This document shows positions 11,918 through 23,685 of a stretch of DNA of 64,000 nt, piece after piece. Origin of the DNA: Takakia lepidozioides. Taxonomy: Eukaryota; Plantae; Bryophyta. Made by a program: the position numbers and the translations under genes. Within the stretch, counting starts at the first letter, position 1. Every line of letters begins with the position of its first letter. The stretch covers positions 40,176,001-40,240,000 of the forward strand of contig CM060731.1 in assembly GCA_030704615.1 (NCBI GenBank), in the 5' to 3' direction. A model generated the notes under the pieces. The model saw only the letters and a program-made list of their open reading frames with translations. It made no database searches and was not told the origin of the DNA.

Positions 11918-13497
11918 CTATCCCAAGCAGTGTGGACACAACCAATCTCCGTCAGGAACCTTCTCAAGAGGTGGTGTCAAGCATCCCATATGCCAACCCC
12001 TTGAGCACGATCACACACCAGCATGGTGGCTGCCCCTTTGGCAGACCCACAGAGCATGCACCTCAAACCTGCAGGTACCACTGCCAAGTTTGGGTCAACT
12101 CTGCCATCGACATTGGGAAGGTGACATGGCGCACAATTACGCACATGGTCTTTCCAAGTCATGCCATCCCGACCCTCTAAGATCAGGACCCCTGAGGGCA
12201 ACACCTCTCGAACCCTCAGAATAACACGCCCTGCAGTAACATCCAGAGTCGTAGGAGCAGTCTGCTGCAAATAAACATAGTCACCAGGGCTAAACCTCCG
12301 AACCCCAGGACGATATCCTCCACCACGTATAGTGGCATACCTCAACGTATCACGGTGCTGTGCAATGGCAAGGTTCTCAAAAGCCATGGGCATGACTTTC
12401 TTGAACAACTCTGCACGCTGATCACATGCACATACCCACACGTCCGGATCGTCAAGGTTAAGGACTTGAGCAGTGTCCCTACGAATGGCTGCAGGCAAAT
12501 CCGGCTCTCGGCCAAAGAGAAGGAAATATGGTGAGAAGGAGGCAAGTGATGCTTGTTTGCTGAACCTGTAGCCCATGGCTAACCAAGGAACCTGAAGATC
12601 CCAATCTCCTAGGTGTCCCTTCTGCAAGCCATACTTGCGCAAACCCCTCTTCACCGTCTGAACAACTCTCTCTGCTAAGCCATCGGCCTCAGGATGATCC
12701 CGAGAAGTGGTGCGGTGGTCTATCAAGGCTTTATCACACAAAGCCTGAAACTCCCCCAAGAACTCTCTCCCTTGGTCCGTGAGTACCTCAGCTGGAGCAC
12801 CAAATCGGCTAAGCACACGATCCAAGAATGCATACGCAGCCCCCTCACTAGCCTTGTCAGGCAATGGAACCAACTCAATCCACTTGGAGAAGTGCTCCAC
12901 CATCACCAACACATATCTGTGGTGGCGCATAGTCAGTGGCAACGGTCCTGCGAAGTCAAGACTCCATCTGTAGCCCAATCCCATGATAGGTAAAGGATGC
13001 AACTGTGGTGTAGGGGCGTTAAACGAAGCACGCACCCTGTCACATACCATGCACCTAGCCACAAACTGTTGCACCTCTGTATGCATACCACGCCACCAAT
13101 ACTGCCCCTGCAGTAAACTGTGAGTGCGTCGCACTCCAAAATGCCCCAACTCCTCATGGGCATGCCGCACTAACCGTGCACGCTGTGTGGGGTGAGGCAC
13201 AATCCTCACCCGACCACCCTCCCACACTCGAAGTAGGTGTATCCCCTCCCACTTGAACCTCTTGGCTCGTTGTAGGATCCGATCCCTCTCCCTGGCAGTC
13301 ACAATGGCTGCCGTGTCTCCCGTGCGGAGGTAGTCCAACACAGCCGAATCCTCATGTATATCTCTGGCACCACCTAGCTCATCACTAGCCTCAGGGTCCT
13401 CAGACACTCCGTCTACAGTCATCCCTGTTGTAGGTCCAATCTGACCTCCCGATGCCAAGATACACAAAAATGCAGATGCGTGCCATCCCGACACCAT
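11918..13497 (-). CDS. Ty3-type DDE integrase (HHCC + core) with C-terminal PHD finger (one frameshift in PHD)
   Basis: [16 protein letters not shown] zinc-binding domain. WSLDFAGP / VLTDQGREF / [10 protein letters not shown] catalytic triad. CMLC..CDR[fs][27 protein letters not shown] is a C4HC3 PHD. Stop at 11918-11920. Confidence 0.9.
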
Positions 13498-13552
13498 CTC
13501 CTCGTCCGTCTCACCATGTCACCGAGCTCCAGTGTCATCCTACTGGCTCGTG

Positions 13553-13680
13553 CATGGATTGCGACTCAATCCATCCGCATCCCTATTGACCAAACCCAGT
13601 CGATGCACAACCTGAACATGTCTCTCATGCTCATCCACCGTAGCACGAGAGGCAAAGAATTCCTGTAAGCCTCAGGAACC
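13553..13680 (-). pseudogene. RNase H C-terminal remnant / RT-RNase H deletion junction
   Basis: VQVVHRLGLVNRDADGLSRNP is the Ty3 RNase H C-terminal motif (xxHRxGxxNxxADxLSR). No YxDD RT motif lies between the DNMT and the integrase. Confidence 0.7.
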
Positions 13681-14089
13681 GCCGTATACGTCGTCTCTCT
13701 CCTCTAGTGACAATAGGTCCAATGTCAGGCTCCCAATTGCCCTTCGTAACTGCAACCTTAAGTCCAGCAGACTTAGAGGTAGAGGACACATCTCGTGGTT
13801 GCTATGCCGCAACCTCTTGAGCAGTACTCCCTGCCTGCTCAGGCAATGACAAGGCCTCATCCTGCCCCATCATCTCATCCTTGAGGACCTCCTCAACCCG
13901 AGAAGAATCCCCAACCTCATCCATCACAGCCGCCTTGGCTGCCAACTCCCTCTGAACCTCGAGCACCTCCCACGTGTGCCATGGATGCATGCATCCCGTG
14001 GTCCTCACATGCTCGCCCCCACTCATTGCCTGTACCGTCTCGGTAGGCAGAGAGACCATTGAGGGAAGTGTACTCCGCATTCTGCGTTG

Positions 14090-15050
14090 CTCAGCCAGAG
14101 CCAAGCTGATAATCCAGGTCAAGCAATTGAGATCCATTGCTTGCCCCAACACTTGACGACGTGATGCCTCAGAAAGAGACGACACCGCCGTGGTACCAGT
14201 GGTAAAACCCATTGCCCGCTCACGCTCGTCAGCATTAGGCTCCACTAACTGCTGCAACTGAGCATCCCACAGGAGGCCAGGTCCACTATCCCGAAAGCAT
14301 GCGATCCTGGGAAGCTGAGCAGTGTAGGTAATGCTGCCCGTGGTTGACCCACCTTGTTGACCACTGCCAAAGGCGACGGTCGTCGTGTCTCACACGCGAG
14401 ACTGCCTCCCTGTGTCCAGAATGTTATCCACTGTGAGATGTGCTGGCCGCTGCACCCCATCAAATGCACTCTTGAGCAGTGCGGGTGGCATCAAGTTAGT
14501 CCACCATAGCCGTGGACGATGAGCTCGTGACCCCACTGTAGCTGCATCTAGCAACACTGCTGACCCAAGCCACGACCAGACTTGATGCACACTGGCCATC
14601 ACCCTGGCCCGAGAATCGCCCATCAGTGGCACATTCTCCAAGATGTATGCTGGAGATACAGCTTGATGAAGCTGCAAGTGGCGCAAAACCCGCACCATCT
14701 CCCAAAACAGACCCGACCTGAGTCTCGCAATCCATTGCCATGCCCGGCTGATGAATGCCCTTGGCAGGCCAACCTGCCACTACCAGATCAATGGAGCCAA
14801 CCTGCTCCAAATCCTGCGCCCCCAGCAACGAAATGTCTGCTGGCAAGGCCTGCTGATATCCACGAATTGCAGACACCGACAACAACTCAGGGTACCGCTG
14901 CACCAACTGAGCAACATGGCGAAGTGAAACGCGTCGTGCAGTCTCATCCCTCTCCACATACAGGTAACGCCGAACTCGTACACCTGCCTGTAACACAGCA
15001 GCCAATCCGGTGCTGATCCCGCCAAACAAGTCCAGAAGACAAATGCCTTC
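14090..15050 (-). CDS. DNMT3-like C5 cytosine methyltransferase domain in pol (frameshifted as assembled)
   Basis: Motif I LLDLFGGISTG; II YVERD; IV DLVVAGWP[fs]CQG; VI YILENV; VIII SRAHRPRLWWTN; IX-X ERERAMGF..RRQVLGQAMD. These parallel DNMT3 (VLSLFDGIAT, GGSPCND, FENV, AHRARYFWGN, ERIFGFP, RQKLLGRSW). Confidence 0.85.
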
Positions 15051-15489
15051 ATCCGGAGACTGCCACACAATAGGTGTGGTGTCCAATGGAGACAATTGAG
15101 GTGGTCCTGGTGCAATCCCCACACTCTCCTCCTCTCCTGACGGTACAAAAGCCTCCACCCAGGCTTGTTGCACCCGTCGATCAGCATCCCGCTGCAAATC
15201 CTTGCTCGTGCCCCACAATGGAGTCTGAGCAACCATGGTAGGCAACTCCTCCATACCATACATGTCATCCTGCTCTCCCGGAGGTGGTACATCCTCTGAA
15301 TGAGCATTGCCCTCAAGCAACTCTCTAGGCCAACTCACTGCCGCTGTGAATGCTGCTAGTGTCGGCATCTTGCCTCGCTGGGCAACCGCAACTCCTCCTA
15401 TGAACGTCACAGGGAGCTGCACACGCCGGCCCTCCCCTGACTGCCATGCAGGCCTATAGGAAGCTGACTCCTCCCAAAAATCCAGGGTG

Positions 15490-15800
15490 AAGCCCATGGG
15501 GTACAACACTGCCCCACCAACCAGGACATCGTATGAGACTGCGTCTGTCACAATGGCCTTGGCTCGCATCACTGAGCCATCTGTAGGGTGATCCGGCCGT
15601 AGTCTGATAGCCAACTCATGCCGTGTCATGCCCCGAGCCTGCTCCGATCCTCCAGAGACGTCTGTATCTGGAAAGGACAAGGCTCCATATCCGCCTCCGT
15701 GAGGCCCAAGCCTGCAATAGCAGCTCTGCCCAGCATCAATGGCTGAGCTCCCGAGTCCAACAAGACTCGCAGTGGCCGGTACCCTCTTGCCTGCCGGTCC
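15490..15800 (-). CDS. Retroviral-type aspartic protease (frameshifted)
   Basis: An alternative frame gives PLRVLLDSGAQPLMLG (~15730-15775). Downstream YDVLVGGAVL. Confidence 0.75.
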
Positions 15801-16419
15801 ACTCAAACAGAAAATGCCATCCTGGTTGTCTAACATAACAACTCCAGGTGTCACCATGGCGCGCTCAATGGCTGGCCTAGCTGGCAGCTCCATCAACCTG
15901 GCAGCTGCAGCTTGCCATGGCGCCGCCGTGGCAGTCTTGACCCTCAAATCCGAGGATCCCTCCGGCACTACACCTCCCACTATCTCCGCAGAAGATGAAG
16001 TAACCTCCCCACTCTCACAGAGTGTAGCTGCCAGCCTGAACACCTCAGTTGGTCTTACCCCCGGCGTCGCAATCATGGTAGCCGAGAACAATGGAGCCTG
16101 GCACACAGATGTGGCCGCTCCTAGCAGCACACTAGCTGTCGTAGCCTTGGCAACACTAGGTAGTGGTGCTACCCGTGTAGCTCTCCCCAATGGCATAGTA
16201 ACCTCCGCCTCGGTAACAGTCGGGCGAGAACTAGGTGCCATGGATGGCGTCGACACTGTCTCCGCCAATGTGAATGACTGAGGAAGCCTAGCCTGACGGC
16301 TTGCCTCCCCACGCTGTGGATCCAACTCCACCTCTGCACCTCGTGGCTCAGGAACTCGTGCTGCTCCTCGAGTCACGGCTGCAGCAGACTCCACCTGCAC
16401 TAGTGGTAGTGCTGCTCCA

Positions 16420-17969
16420 CACATGAATCCCATGCCTCCCATATCTCCTCCCTCAGGAGCAGGAGGTGGACCATCCGGCCTTAGAGCCGGTACCACCTGA
16501 GCTGTAGCCATGGCAGCGAGCCTCTGCTCTAGCTGCTGAAGCCGGTTGGCCATGCCTTGGATCAACACCCTGACCTCCGCGTCCTTGGCCACGTTGAGCT
16601 TGCCCTTGGCCTGCACCTCGTGGCTGGCCACCTCGTCCTCTCTGGGCTGCTCCCCTCGCCCCCGGCCACCATTGTTCCCTTGGAACTGGCCTGGGCGCAA
16701 CTCAGGATGCAAACTATAACACTGGGCCTCTCCATGCCCGTGCTTGCCACAATGCCACACTGCAACTGTGCAGGCTGTGCATGTGCCGACCCTTTGCCTC
16801 CTTCTGGGCAATCCTTCTTGACATGGGGTCCTCCACATGTCCAGCACACCACATCCGCCCGTTGTTGGCCAGCAAATGAAGGAAGAGACCCCTGCATCTG
16901 AGGTCCTCTCTGCCCTTCCCTGAGCTTCACCTGAGCCCCCTTGTTGCCTTGAGCACGTTGAGGTAGTGGTTGGCTAGGAGCACCACTACCCCGTGGTGTC
17001 TCCTTAGCAAATCCCACCATGACCACTCGTTCCTCCACCATGTTGAGCTCTATCCGCTCTGCCAGCAAAAACACATTTGCTAAGGTGGGTTGGGCCGCTT
17101 GTAGGAGAGTTGCATCCCGCACCCTTCTCCTCAGCTCCTTGTCCAATATCCCATACCAGAATTGGACTGCCTGAGCTTCCGTAACCCCTTGGGTTACATT
17201 TATCAAGCGCCTCATGCGAGTGAAAGCCTCCCTCAAGCTCTCGGTCGGCTTCCGTTGGAACTCTTGCAAGCTCCGCAACTTCTCTGTCCTCACCCCTTGG
17301 TAGTTCCCTCTCAACTCTTCGAAGAACTCCACAACAGGGTTGAAGGCAGGCACGGGTGCTAGTGCTGGTGCGGTAGTGGCTTGGGTGGACGTCGTAGCTA
17401 CTGTACCACCAGTCCCACTGCTACTTGCTGAAGCTGCCGGTGCAGCGGCAGGTGTAGCCACTGCCCTCGTGGCTCTAGTGCCCCTAGTGATGGAGACATA
17501 GTCGGGTGACCAGTACATCCTCCACTCCTCGATCTCAACCTCATTGCCCCCGCCTGAACTCATGGTAATCATCCATAGGCGGCCCCTCAAGGTGCTGAAA
17601 CAGCCCTTTCCATGCCATGAACGGCGTAAATAGTTGTGGATTGCGCATTTGCTGCAAATCACACCAACTATCAAACTCTTGGATAAAATCATCCAACTCA
17701 ATGGTGCCCACCGCCCCAGAGTACCTTCGTGGCCCCTTGGTAGCTCCATACATCTCCTCCATTGTGTCCCACAACAATGGCAAAGAAACAACTTGCACCG
17801 CCGGTATGAGCCCTCCTGATTCACAATCCGAATCAGAACCTTCCGTGGAAGACACAGGAGGTGAAGGTGGCCTAAACCGCACACCTCGTCTCGTGTACCC
17901 ACTAGTATCGCTAGTGCTCGAACCGGCACTGTCCCCAGCAACTAGTGGCACCTCCATGTTGACACTCAA
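16420..17969 (-). CDS. Gag with two CCHC zinc knuckles (frameshifted)
   Basis: ELDDFIQEFDSWCD..LQEFQRKPTESLREAFTRMRRL..FWYGILDKELRRRV. Knuckle CWTCGGPHVKKDC, plus a second C..CGKHGHGEAQC. Confidence 0.85.
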
Positions 17970-18249
17970 CCGGTCATGAACATGCCCCTAACCCCCTCTC
18001 CACAAGGTAACCGGGTAGAGAACCTGTTGCGGCTTATGGTTTGGAATACTAAGTTCCTAACATAGCCTACACCTGAACTTGCATGACCATGGGAATATCA
18101 TGAAGATACTCCTCAAACCGCCCTCCACGAGCTTCAAAATTCGGCCTTCCAGACCACATGCCAGTCCTTAGTCCACCAGTGCCTCCACGAGTCAGCACAA
18201 GGCCATCCACAGGTCAACACGGGCCACCACAGACCAGCACAGGCCCACA

Positions 18250-20570
18250 CAGCTCACTGGTCACAGCCGTCACAGTCCACAGGCCACTGGGCACATCCTG
18301 TCACAGCCCCTCACAGCTCGTCACAGCCTCAAAGGCCTCAGGCACAGCCTGTCACAGCCCCTCACAGCCCGTCACAGCACCAAAGGCCTCAGGCACGGCC
18401 TGTCACAGCCCCTCACGCCCGTCAGCCCCAAAGCCATGGGCACGGCCTGTCACAAACAGCCCCTCACAGCCCGTCACAGCCTTAAAGGCCTCAGGCACGG
18501 CCTGTCACACCTCTCAGCCCTTCACCGTCACAGCCCCAAAGGCCATGGGCACGGCCTGTCACATCCCCCTCAGCCCCCACACACAGGGCACATCCTGTCA
18601 CAGCCATCACAGCCATTACAGCCTCAAGGCCTCAGGCACGGCCTGTCAACAGCCCTCACAGCCCATCACAGCCCCAAAGGCATGGGCACAGCTTGCACAG
18701 CCCGTCACAGCCCCACAGGCCTCAGGCACGGCCTGTCACACCCCTCCAGCCCACAGCCTCAGGCCTCAGGATCGGCCTGTCACAGCCCCTCACACCCATC
18801 ACAGCCCCAAAGGCCTCAGGCACGGCCTGTCACAGCCCCTCACACCCGTCACAGCCCCAAAGGCCATGGCACAGCCTGTCACAGGCCCGTCACAGCCCCA
18901 CAGGCCTCAGGGCACAGCCGTCACAGCCCCAAAGGCCACTGGGCAAGCCTGTCACAGCCTGACACAGCCCGTCACAGCCCCACAGGGCACAGGGCACAGC
19001 CTGTCACACCCATCACAGCCCATCACAGCCCCAAAGGCCATGGGCACAGCCTGTCACAGCCCGTCACAGCCCCACAGGCCTCAGGGCACAGCCCGTCACA
19101 GCCCCAAAGGCCCTGGGCACAGCCTGTCACAGCCTGACACAGCCCGTCACAGCCCACAGGGCACAGGCACAGCCTGTCACAGCCCATCACAGCCCATCAC
19201 AGCCCCAAAGGCCATGGGCACAGCCTGTCACAGCCCGTCACAGCCCCACAGGCCTCAGGCACGGCCTGTCACAGCCCGTCACAGCCCGTCACAGCCCCAA
19301 AGGCCATGGGCACGGCCTGTCACAGCCCCTCACAGCCCGTCACAGCCTCAAAGGCCTCAGGATCGGCCTGTCACAGCCCTCACAGCCCGTCACAGCCCCA
19401 AAGGCCTCAGGCACGGCCTGTCACAGCCCTCACAGCCCGTCACAGCCCCAAAGGCCATGGGCACGGCCTGTCACAGCCCCTCACAGCCCGTCACAGCTTA
19501 AAGGCCTCAGGCACGGCCTGTCACAGCCCCTCTCAGCCCGTCACAGCCCCAAAGGCCATGGGCACGGCCTGTCACAGCCCTCACAGCCCGTCACAGCCTC
19601 AAAGGCCTCAGGCACGGCATGTCACAGCCCCTCACAGCCCGTCACCGCCCTCAAAGGCCTCAGGCACGGCCTGTCACAGCCCCTCACAGCCCGTCACAGC
19701 CCAAAGGCCTCAGGCACGGCCTGTCACAGCCCCTCACAGCCCGTCACAGCCCCAAAGGCCACTGGGCACAGCCTGTCACAGCCCGTCACAGCCCCACAGG
19801 GCACAGGGCACAGCCTGTCACAGCCCATCACAGCCCATTACAGCCTCAAAGGCCTCAGGCACGGCCTGTCACAGCCCCTCACAGCCCATCACAGCCCCAA
19901 AGGCCATGGGCACAGCTTGTCACAGCCCGTCACGCCCAACAGGCCTCAGGCACGGCCTGTCACAGCCCCTCACAGCCCGTCACAGCCTCAAAGGCCTCAG
20001 GATCGGCCTGTCACAGCCCCTCACAGCCCATCACAGCCCCAAAGGCCTCAGGCACGGCCTGTCACAGCCCTCACAGCCCCTCACAGCCCCAAAGGCCATG
20101 GGCACGGCCTGTCACAGCCCCATCAAGCCCGTCACAGCCTCAAAGGCCTCAGGCACGGCCTGTCACAGACCCTCACAGCCCGTCACAGCCCCAAAGGCCT
20201 CAGGCACGGCCTGTCACAGCCCCTTACAGCCCAGTCACAGCCTCAAAGGCCTCAGGCACGGCCTGTCACAGCCCGTCACAGCCCAACAGGCCTCAGGGCA
20301 CAGCCTGTCACAGCCCCGCACAGCCCGTCACAGCCCCAAAGGCCACTGGGCACAGCCTGTCACAGCCTGACACAAGCCCGTCACAGCCCCACAGGGCACA
20401 GGGCACAGCCTGTCACAGCCCATCACAGCCCCACAGGGCACAGGGCACAGCCCATCACAGCCCATCACAGCCTCAAAGGCCTCAGGCACGGCCTGTCACA
20501 GCCCGTCACCGCCCGTCACAGCCTGACACAGCAGTCACCGCCGTCACAGCTTGCCATAGCCTGTCACAGA
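18250..20570. repeat. ~2.3-kb tandem array (~51-bp unit built from ~10-bp tcacagccc subunits) in the element's 5' leader
   Basis: The unit cacagcccgtcacagccccaaaggcctcaggcacggcctgtcacagcccct and variants are repeated several dozen times. Confidence 0.9.
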
Positions 20571-22116
20571 GCCCCACACATGGCCGCTCTGGCAGTTTAG
20601 CCATTTCTCCAAGGGGTTTAGCCACGCCAAGCTAGGGTTTGTGTCTCTTGGACTCTAGGCTTCTTTCCACCGAGCTATGGTGGCTGTGAGGAAATCAGCA
20701 AGGTATCCTTGCTCTTTCGGCTCCCACACACCACCATAGTAGCCCTAAGCCATGAGGTGGTTGCCACAAACCAAGCCTTCTTTCTCACTAAGCCTCCCCA
20801 AACACGCCACTAAACTCAATGGCAAACAACCAAGCCCTGCTGGTTCCCAGCCCTTGTGAGCACTCATTCAAGCACTCCCCTCATTGGCCATAGCATCTGT
20901 CTTAGAGCCTATTCCAGCCCTCTACACCTGTTGCTTCAAGAGTTGCGCTCCCTTCAAGCTTGAAGTTGAAACCCCAACTCACATAGGCCCTACAAGTGCT
21001 GTTCTTTCACTCCAAGTGGAAACCAGCCCTCGAGACCTTCCGTTCTAGCTCTCTAAGGCTTGAAAACAAGAGCCTCAATGGGCTGAAGGCATGCTCCACA
21101 CATGCCCCACTCTCACCATAAGAGAATCAGCTCCTTTGCTTCATTTCTTGCACCCAACAAACCTGATAATACAAGCTTCAGCAGGCTGAAAACATGCTCT
21201 ACATGCCCTACAGGGAAACCAGCCCCTTCCTTCCTTTCTTGCACTCCCACACCTAAAAGTGCAAGCCTTCACCAGGCTGATAGCATGCTCCACACATACA
21301 TTGCCCTCTTATAAGGGAAGTCAGCCCTTCCCTCTTCCTTGCTTGCCCTCCAAGCTTGAAGATGGAAGCTTCAATGAGCTGAATACATGCTCCACACATG
21401 CAACCTCTTCACACAAGAGATATCAGCCCCCTATCTTGGCTCCTTGGCTCCTTGATGCTCTCTATGACAAGACTAAGCACTCCATAGCCTTTGCCAAGCT
21501 CCTGAAACCCTAAGGCTTACATTTCCAGCCACAAGACACTTCTCTTGTGGTGCAAGAACTCTTCTTCCAAGCTCTGAAACCCTAGGTGCACATTCCATGG
21601 CCTTGCCGCACCTCTTAGCTCCTGTTCCAGCCCTGCTCTTGCCATGACAAGAGCCCTCTCAATGCTGAAGCTCGAGATTGAAACCCAATCTCACCATACT
21701 CCACAAAGTGCACTGATTTGCCCCAAGCAAAATCAGCCCTTTCGCTTGGTCTTGCAATCCTTCACACAATGAAAGCTCGCATTCCCAAGTCCAGTTCTCA
21801 GCTTTGCCACCAAAGCCACTATAACCTGCTCTTGACTGGTCCTCTTCCCAATCGTGCTTGCTCATGCATGTACACAATCTGGAACCATCAAGGTGCTCTG
21901 GAATTACCTGCAGCATGGTGCTTTCATCTCTGAAGCTGAAGATCGAATGCCAAGGTCTACCACCTCGTAACCCACATCGCCTCCGCTTCTAACAACTAAG
22001 AGCTCCACGGTGCTCCTTGCATAACAACTTGGTTTCTCTCATTCTCAAGCAAAAACCACAAGTGCTACAACTAACTCGTATCTGGCACTCACAGATACGA
22101 GCTGATTTTTCTCGAG

Positions 22117-22433
22117 TGATAAAGAAGAAGAATACAAGCACAAGCTCACAAATCTGAAGCATAAACTCATGCATACATAACCTCATCACTCAAATACAAG
22201 TCAAGCCAAGTGCACCCCACGCCATGGGGAATCCACACTACGGCGCCATAGCTAGGCGCAGTGAGGCTCAACTCGAGAAAGATGAGCCTCATGCGCTTGC
22301 CGTGAAGATAACCACTCCAGGGCCTAAATCTGCCTTGACCCCTGGATTGACACTTGGGCCAATCCCAAATGTCAATATGTAAAAGCTAGCTATTTCCTAG
22401 CTAGTTTCACACTAGTGGTAAAATAACTTGACA
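22117..22433 (-). repeat. Terminal repeat A1 (317 bp), 5' end of element
   Basis: Sense TGTCAAG...CTTTATCA. Copy of 11151-11467. Confidence 0.9.
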
Positions 22434-23685
22434 AATGTAATTCGTTCAAGCTCTGCCTGGAATCCCTCTTTTCGTATTTTTTTGTGCTTTGAATTTTTTT
22501 TCTTTGTTAATGTTCTATATTAAATGGCATATGAAAACCCAAAATCACTTAAACATGAAATGGGGACGTTCCCAGGCTTTGATGCAATGAGAATTCTACC
22601 TAGAGTCGTGCCGTCAAATTCTTCTCCCTAATGGTAACGGATCTGAGCCCGTAATCACTAATCACCTGGGTGGCATTCAGTTGCTTAGCTGCCCACTCCT
22701 GACATATTAATAGATTTCATTGCCACATAAAATTTATTCATTTTGAGCAATGATCATAGACTCACTTCACCAAGTTCAAAATGATTTTTCGATAGAATAT
22801 AATAAGAAAGACAATAGGAATAATATAAGAACTTAATGGACTCGTATGATCCGACGGTACTTTCGCCGGATTCCGGCAGCCTCGGCTCCTACGGCAGGAG
22901 ACCGTCAAATCCACCCCACGCCTCTTACCTCGGTTTAACTATAAATACTTAGCAATCCAAGTGGGTTGCGAGGTGGGTTCCAGGTGACAAGGTTCAAAGT
23001 TCAATTCTTGATGGGACGCTCTTGTAGTGTGACCCCGGTTGGTGTAATCAGGGTTTCTCATGTAACTCTGGTTAGTTCATTTTATACTTGGCCAAATTTG
23101 AACTTGGTCAAATTTCGAGACCAAGTGTGAGTTACACGGAGTGGAGTTACACTCCATTCTGTGTAACCCCGAGTGGAGTTACACACCTCGTAAGTGTAAC
23201 CCCCACTCGAGCTTACACTCCTTCAATTCCATGTCACTCTCAAGAGAGGGTGGGGAAGATTTGACATGTGGGAAACCGGTGCACCATCCTGTCAGAGGTT
23301 GCACGTGTGCATTAAGTTCTTACATTATTCCTATTATCTTCCATATAATAACATATCTTAAATTGTTTTTCTAATAAATTATTTATATAATTTGAACCAC
23401 CCTAAATCGGAACCGGCAACCAAATAATTGGAACTGGAAGTGCCTCAATGTTGAGGCTAACATACCCACAACCTTCCACGTTCATGGAATAAGATGAGGC
23501 AACTGAAAAGTTTATATAACATGTGTTCTTTCAGATTCCTTGAAAGGCCTTGAGATCGATGAGTAGTTCTAGCAGCAACTAGTTGGATGGGAAATTATAT
23601 TTGTATAATTACATGTATATGGCTCCTACCACATCTTATTTCCTTAACAATAGCTTCTATGGGTGTCCAATTTGATAATATGTCC

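Larger units (their letters stand above)
10962..22433 (-). mobile_element. Ty3/Gypsy-derived DNMT-carrying retroelement with split direct repeats (RT/RNase H deleted)
   Basis: TSD AATG at 10958-10961 and 22434-22437. Ends TGTC...GACA. Sense order: A1, tandem array, gag, protease, DNMT, RNase H remnant, integrase, PHD, PPT, B1, gc, A2, B2. Confidence 0.9.

Noticed and set aside
18250-20570. CRISPR-like array
   Set aside because: No unique spacers, no cas genes, eukaryotic context.
18158-20635. Long Pro/Ser/Thr/His-rich ORFs (447, 354, 338 aa)
   Set aside because: They arise in all frames from a stop-poor tandem array and are antisense to the element; no evidence of coding.
10962-22433. Classification as a DIRS/Ngaro tyrosine-recombinase element
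   Set aside because: No YR motifs were found; a DDE integrase and a TSD are present.
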